NCBI GenBank assembly: GCA_019058445.1
Contig: JAHPZA010000009.1
Span: forward strand, 64,001 to 128,000
DNA: 64,000 nucleotides
Reading direction: 5' to 3'
DNA from: Promethearchaeota archaeon
GTDB taxonomy: Archaea; Asgardarchaeota; Lokiarchaeia; Sigyniarchaeales; SOKP01
Translations under genes and position numbers: made by a program
Part shown: piece after piece, positions 59,510-64,000 of the stretch
Numbering within the stretch: position 1 is the stretch's first letter
Layout: each line of letters starts with the position of its first letter
The notes under the pieces: model-generated
Databases searched by the model: none
What the model saw: the letters and a program-made list of their open reading frames with translations, nothing else
What the model was told of the DNA's origin: nothing

Positions 59510-60211
59510 ATGGCTAATTATAAAGCAATTGTTAAAGATCTACAAAAAAAATACACTGATGCAACTGAGGTAGTTATCGTAAGCAAAGATGGAAAAGTCC
59601 TTTTTACAACTGATAACTGGGATGTTAATCGTGATATAAAGGGTGTATTATCCAATTGGGCAAGTGGCAATGCACAATTCGTATCTATAAATGAGATTCG
59701 GTATTCTATCCTACAGATGGAGCCAGAACGGTTTATTGCTACAAATCGTCATAAAAAGGGGCATTTGATAGGCGCAACCACACCAGATGGATCTATATGT
59801 ATTTTGGCTCATATTAAACCAAAAGCAAAAGCTTGGTATCATTCTGCCTATCCATTTGTCGCTAGAGCCGCCGCGATGATGGTAAAAGGTTCAAAATCAA
59901 AGAATTTAAAATCTAAGAAGAGTAAAAAAAGACAAAAGACCAAGAAGCAAAAAAAGGAAACAAAAGTAGTGCTAATGGATGATAAGAAGGAAAAATTGAA
60001 TACGTATGAAACCACGTATGGTGTATTAAAAGAGGAACCTCAGATTGATCCCTATCTTAAATTAGAAATTGAAAATTTTCTCCAGTGGATAAACGATCCT
60101 AATGGTTTATCATCTTATATCTCTTATTATTTAGGTCAGAATGATCATCAGAAAATTCATGCTTTGGCCATGATTTATAAAATGCTCCATAGAATATTTT
60201 CAAATGAATAA
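59510..60211 (+). CDS. Asgard profilin-domain protein with Lys-rich linker and C-terminal helical domain
   Basis: VIVSKDGKVLFTTDNWDV, INEIRYSILQMEPERFIATN..KGHL resemble Loki profilins from memory; extra ~105 aa. Confidence 0.85.
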   Translation: MANYKAIVKDLQKKYTDATEVVIVSKDGKVLFTTDNWDVNRDIKGVLSNWASGNAQFVSINEIRYSILQMEPERFIATNRHKKGHLIGATTPDGSICILAHIKPKAKAWYHSAYPFVARAAAMMVKGSKSKNLKSKKSKKRQKTKKQKKETKVVLMDDKKEKLNTYETTYGVLKEEPQIDPYLKLEIENFLQWINDPNGLSSYISYYLGQNDHQKIHALAMIYKMLHRIFSNE

Positions 60212-60216
60212 TTTGA

Positions 60217-60318
60217 TTGAATGGCATTATTAAAACTAAAGAAATAAGTTCTGGTGGACAAATACAAATCGGATTATATGATACCATATATGGTACTGGA
60301 AACATTTTTGCGTTTTAA
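60217..60318 (+). pseudogene. remnant copy of the last 34 codons of the 58434-59408 gene
   Basis: LNGIIKTKEISSGGQIQIGLYDTIYGTGNIFAF* vs LNGINKAIEITSGGQLQIGLYDAIYDIGNIFAF*; 81/102 nt identical by hand count. Confidence 0.85.
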
Positions 60319-60460
60319 CTAAGTTGTATCAAAAAAAGAAAACAATACTAACTAATCTTTAAATATAAAATAGGATCTATATTTCTACTAAAGCATTTAG
60401 AAATTTACATCTAAATTAAAATAATAAAGGATTGATTATACTATTTCTGAGGTTCTTCCA

Positions 60461-61165
60461 ATAATTCCTATTGATATTGTATTTACAATAATCTTTACAT
60501 TAATATCTCTAATTTTAGGGATAATTATGATCCTAAAATATTTTAAATATAAAATTAAAGAACTAATTTTTGCCGGGATAACATGGTGTATTATTACAAG
60601 CCCTTTTTGGGCAGATATTATCTCTTATTTGTGGTACCTAACATTTAACACACACCTAAGCGATTTGCTTTATTTTTTGCTCTGCATCGGATTTATCCCA
60701 TTAGCACATATAACATGGATGATCTTTTTTACTTCTTTCTTTCTCCAAAAATATCAGAAAGGAATTATCTCAATATTTTTGATTGAAGCAATTATATTCG
60801 AGATAGTGTTTATATATTTCCTTATAGTAGATCCTTCGAAAATTGCTACAAGAATACCATTAACTAGCGTTGTGTGGACACCATTCATTATAATTTATTT
60901 GCTTCTTTCCATAGTGCTTTTTCTACTTACTGGCCTTGCTTTTACCCTAAAAAGCTTTAAGTCAGATAAAGAGGATACCCGATTAAAAGGTAAATTTCTT
61001 CTTATCGCATTTATTTCTTTCATAATAGGTGTCATCATTGAAATAATTCCTATTTTCTTTGAATTTAAATACGTACTTAGTAGATTAATTATTCTCACAG
61101 CTGCAATAGAATTTTATATCGGATTTATCTTACCGAGTCAGATAAAAAAAGTTTTATTAAAATAA
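60461..61165 (+). CDS. 7-TM membrane protein (paralog of 21466-22191); probable ATA/ATT start
   Basis: TM1 (IPIDIVFTIIFTLISLILGII) is encoded upstream of the called ATG 60527; GAGGTT+6 nt+ATA. Confidence 0.85.
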   Translation: MIPIDIVFTIIFTLISLILGIIMILKYFKYKIKELIFAGITWCIITSPFWADIISYLWYLTFNTHLSDLLYFLLCIGFIPLAHITWMIFFTSFFLQKYQKGIISIFLIEAIIFEIVFIYFLIVDPSKIATRIPLTSVVWTPFIIIYLLLSIVLFLLTGLAFTLKSFKSDKEDTRLKGKFLLIAFISFIIGVIIEIIPIFFEFKYVLSRLIILTAAIEFYIGFILPSQIKKVLLK

Positions 61166-61190
61166 GAATTAGAATATAATGGTGATAGAA

Positions 61191-61673
61191 ATGTCCAATA
61201 ATAAAACCCTTGATTTAAGGAATTTGAAAATTGATCAACTGGGTTATGTGTATAAAGATATTGAAAAACAAGCTAAGATTATGGAAAATATGTCAGGAGT
61301 TTCCAAATTCGTTGTATTTGATCCCGTGGATGTGAAAGTTAATTATCGTGGAGTTAATAAAACTATTAAGATGAAAGCTGGATTTGGAACCTTATATGAT
61401 GATACTCAAATTGAACTTCTTCAACCTGTAGAAGGAGAATCTATCTATAATGAATTTCTCAATCAAGGGAGAGAAGGATTTCATCATATTTTATATATAG
61501 TTGAAGATTTACAAGCAGTTATTAATAAATATAAGGAGGCGGGCGTAGAAGTTATTCAATCTGGTAAAGTTATGACCTCTTCGTATGCATATATGGGCAC
61601 TGAGGAATTTCTAGGTATAATCGTTGAATTTGCTCAAGAAGGAAGAAGGAGCAGAAGGAAAAAAAAGGAATAA
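61191..61673 (+). CDS. VOC (glyoxalase/methylmalonyl-CoA epimerase-like) family, copy 1
   Basis: QLGYVYKD, QIELLQP, EGFHHI, IVEF; GGTGAT+4 nt+ATG. Confidence 0.88.
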   Translation: MSNNKTLDLRNLKIDQLGYVYKDIEKQAKIMENMSGVSKFVVFDPVDVKVNYRGVNKTIKMKAGFGTLYDDTQIELLQPVEGESIYNEFLNQGREGFHHILYIVEDLQAVINKYKEAGVEVIQSGKVMTSSYAYMGTEEFLGIIVEFAQEGRRSRRKKKE

Positions 61674-61758
61674 TTATATTACAAAAATTTTTATAATGAT
61701 TAAGTAATTCCAAAAATGATTTAGTTTATTAGAAAAATCAATTAGTGGCGAAAAAATT

Positions 61759-62229
61759 ATGAAAAAACGATTGAATATTGATATTAGTAATTTAAAAATC
61801 GCACAGTATGGTTATGTTTTTAAGGATGTTGAGAAACAGGCCGAAATAATGGAATCTATATACGGGATTCCTAAATTTGCAGTGTTAATAGATGAAGATT
61901 ATCCCATAGAATATCGGGGAAAAGAATCAAAAATCTCAACTAAGATTGCCATAAGTCGATTTTTTAACACTCAAATTGAACTTATTGAATTAATTAAAGG
62001 AAATTGTATATATAAGGAGTTTTTAGAGGCAGGGAAGGAAGGTTTTCAGCATGTTAGCTTCTTTATCGAGAATTTAGACTCATATATTGATACATTTAAA
62101 AAAAGCGGTTTTGAAGTCATACACTACGGTCAAATAGGGAAACAAAGATTTGCTTACTTTGATACTGAAGAGACTTTTGGACTTCTTTTAGAATTTCAAG
62201 AGACTGTAAAAAGAAAAAGAAAGAAATAA
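61759..62229 (+). CDS. VOC family, copy 2
   Basis: QYGYVFKD, QIELIE, EGFQHV, AYFDT..FG..LEF. Confidence 0.88.
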   Translation: MKKRLNIDISNLKIAQYGYVFKDVEKQAEIMESIYGIPKFAVLIDEDYPIEYRGKESKISTKIAISRFFNTQIELIELIKGNCIYKEFLEAGKEGFQHVSFFIENLDSYIDTFKKSGFEVIHYGQIGKQRFAYFDTEETFGLLLEFQETVKRKRKK

Positions 62230-62301
62230 TCAATTGAATATTATCTTCGTTCATTTGAAGTTATTTTTTCTAAAATCCTTTCCTTCAAATCTTTTTCATT
62301 T

Positions 62302-63639
62302 TTAAGATGAGATACTTAAATTTTTGAAAGCGATATATGGAAATAGCGAATTTAAAGAAAATTCACGTTCCTTAGAGATAAATTGACTATTTTTTATCAT
62401 TTCTAATACATTTCCGCTTATATTTCCTCCTTTTATTGGATACTCAATTTGACCATTTTTAATGAAATAGCCATTTCTAATTTCTGTTCCAAAAGAACCT
62501 GAAAATCTATCAGGATTTAACCAAGAACATTTTTCAATTAGATAACCATCTTTTATGCTCGTAATTATTTCTTCTTTAGCGATATCACCTGGTAAAATCT
62601 CGAGATTAGAAATGGAATTTATCACTGAACCATCATCGATTCTAATACCATTACCTGTAGATTCTGTATTTCCCATAATTGCAAACTTTTGATCATAGAG
62701 GCGATTTTTAAAAATCCCATTCTTGATAACTTCAATTAGCTTATGCGGATTTCCTTCTCCATCCCATGAATTACACCTCAATCCCCCTTCAAGTAATCCA
62801 TCATCACGTAAGCTAAAAGTATCTGAAGCAACTTTAGCATCAACATTTAGAGCAGAAATTTTCTCATGATATGCTTTTCCTAATGCATGAAATCCAATAA
62901 CTGGATTAATCGCATTTTTTAGCACATTTGGTGGAAAAATTACGATTGCTTGTCTATTTGGTTTTGGGATTTTTGCTTTTAATGTATCTACAGCAATCCT
63001 TGCCCATTTATTTACACGCCTTTCAATATTTAATTCTTCTTTTTCTTTAATATATTCAATTTCCCATGCTTCAGATAATTTGCCATTACTCTGAGCCTTC
63101 AATGCCATTTCAATATAAAAAAAGGTTTTTGATGCTTCTAAATTCAAACCAGTACTATTTTTAAGAGTTTTATTTTGAATATGAATTCTAAATCGGCTAA
63201 ATGTTGGAGTAATTTCCTTGTGTTCACTAATTTCTTCTAAAATCTTCTCACTCATATCGCTTTTAAAACCAATAGGGTCTTTTACAATGCTTTGATCTGC
63301 GGTTTTAATTGGTTTTTGAGGTTTTTGTTCTGGAAAATTATATTTTGAGCCACTATTTTCTTTTGATAATAACTGACAGATCTCAATATTTTTTTCGATT
63401 TGTGGTAAACTCAGTGAATTTCCTTTTACGATTCCAATACCCGTTTCATCCCCTTTCTGAGTTAGAATTCTAACAACGTACTCTATGTCCTTAACTTCTC
63501 TTACAGTATCAATTTTATATTTCAAGAATTCCGTTTCATAGATATCTTGTTCAACAAAAAAAATCTCGTATTCTCGAATTTTTTTTGATTTCAAACTTTT
63601 TTCAATTACCTCAATAGCTTCTACACTCACTTTTTTCAC
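62302..63639 (-). CDS. TldD/PmbA family protein, PmbA(TldE)-like (start may be GTG 63630)
   Basis: WDGEG.P, STGNG, SNL.I.PG, SGSFG, GY.IKNG.I.YPIKG..ISGN. Confidence 0.9.
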   Translation of the reverse strand: MKKVSVEAIEVIEKSLKSKKIREYEIFFVEQDIYETEFLKYKIDTVREVKDIEYVVRILTQKGDETGIGIVKGNSLSLPQIEKNIEICQLLSKENSGSKYNFPEQKPQKPIKTADQSIVKDPIGFKSDMSEKILEEISEHKEITPTFSRFRIHIQNKTLKNSTGLNLEASKTFFYIEMALKAQSNGKLSEAWEIEYIKEKEELNIERRVNKWARIAVDTLKAKIPKPNRQAIVIFPPNVLKNAINPVIGFHALGKAYHEKISALNVDAKVASDTFSLRDDGLLEGGLRCNSWDGEGNPHKLIEVIKNGIFKNRLYDQKFAIMGNTESTGNGIRIDDGSVINSISNLEILPGDIAKEEIITSIKDGYLIEKCSWLNPDRFSGSFGTEIRNGYFIKNGQIEYPIKGGNISGNVLEMIKNSQFISKEREFSLNSLFPYIAFKNLSISS

Positions 63640-64000
63640 CCCGGGCTTATTAAGGCACTTTTAGTTCTTACATAACTTCCCCCTGATGTAACAGGAACAA
63701 AATCTTCTTCTCCTTTTCCGCAGGTACCCGGACGTAACATTAATTCATCGTCACTAACAGCATCGATATTCTGTAATAGCTGTAATACTGAACCGCTTAA
63801 AGTAATAGTCTTGAGTAGTTTTGTTTTTTCCCCGTTTTCTATTAAATACCCCTTCTTAGATGAAATCTGCATTCCGCCCCCTAATACATCTTCCATTCCG
63901 AAATATCCACGGATTAGCATTACTCCATGTTGTATTTCAGAAATCATTTCTTCGATCTTATAATCACCCGGTTCAAAATAAGTATTTGTCATTCTGACGA
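63636..64000 (-). CDS. tldD: TldD family protein, C-terminal part (runs off the window)
   Basis: VRMTNTY..PG, GYLIENG, GTCGKG...VPV..GG. Confidence 0.88.
   Translation of the reverse strand, partial: VRMTNTYFEPGDYKIEEMISEIQHGVMLIRGYFGMEDVLGGGMQISSKKGYLIENGEKTKLLKTITLSGSVLQLLQNIDAVSDDELMLRPGTCGKGEEDFVPVTSGGSYVRTKSALISPG

Noticed and set aside
2197-60305. Short antisense or overlapping ORFs in the track (e.g. 2197, 3037, 5064, 8034, 24888, 34965, 42857, 57038, 60099)
   Set aside because: They shadow well-supported genes and have no SD or motifs
59307-60318. DGR template/variable repeat pair
   Set aside because: Differences are not adenine-specific (e.g. T/C, G/T), many are synonymous, and there is no reverse transcriptase in the window
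1-64000. Selenoprotein UGA read-through / SECIS
   Set aside because: TGA-ending ORFs checked (moxR, cheB, AEC, tldD) end at natural family boundaries; redox proteins have Cys at active sites; no convincing SECIS seen
1-64000. CRISPR arrays, rRNA, IS elements, prophage
   Set aside because: No regularly spaced repeats, long GC-rich RNA tracts, transposases or virion genes seen

Overview
AT-rich (about 30% GC by eye) archaeal chromosomal segment. It is most consistent with a Lokiarchaeia/Promethearchaeota (Asgard) genome, inferred from a Loki-type profilin domain, a membrane-anchored longin-like protein, Cdc6/Orc1, XerA, dodecin, archaeal SD motifs (GGTGAT/GAGGT) and oligo-T terminators. Content: housekeeping/metabolic genes (rpiA, purE, dut, gatC, thiolase, two ADP-forming acyl-CoA ligase alpha subunits, acyl-CoA dehydrogenase, TldD/PmbA); an oxidative-stress set (rubrerythrin, desulfoferrodoxin, MsrA, FprA, atypical TrxB); a MoxR/vWA pair split by a two-gene insert; an orphan CheB; an ArsR-linked block with duplicated ABC exporters; and a GC-richer arylsulfatase. 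No CRISPR array, rRNA or transposase was seen. Main observations not in the ORF track: (1) tRNA-Ala(GGC) with a 30-nt BHB-type intron in the D-loop (15/16); (2) at least four, possibly six, genes that appear to start at near-cognate codons (ATT, CTG, ATA, ATC) behind well-spaced SD motifs; (3) a profilin domain fused to a polybasic linker and extra helical domain, flanked by a diverged 102-bp duplication of the upstream gene's 3' end; (4) small uncalled proteins: a 38-aa single-TM peptide, a 52-aa Cys/His peptide, and a 153-aa tandem Zn-finger protein. All family calls come from motif recognition by eye, not database searches.
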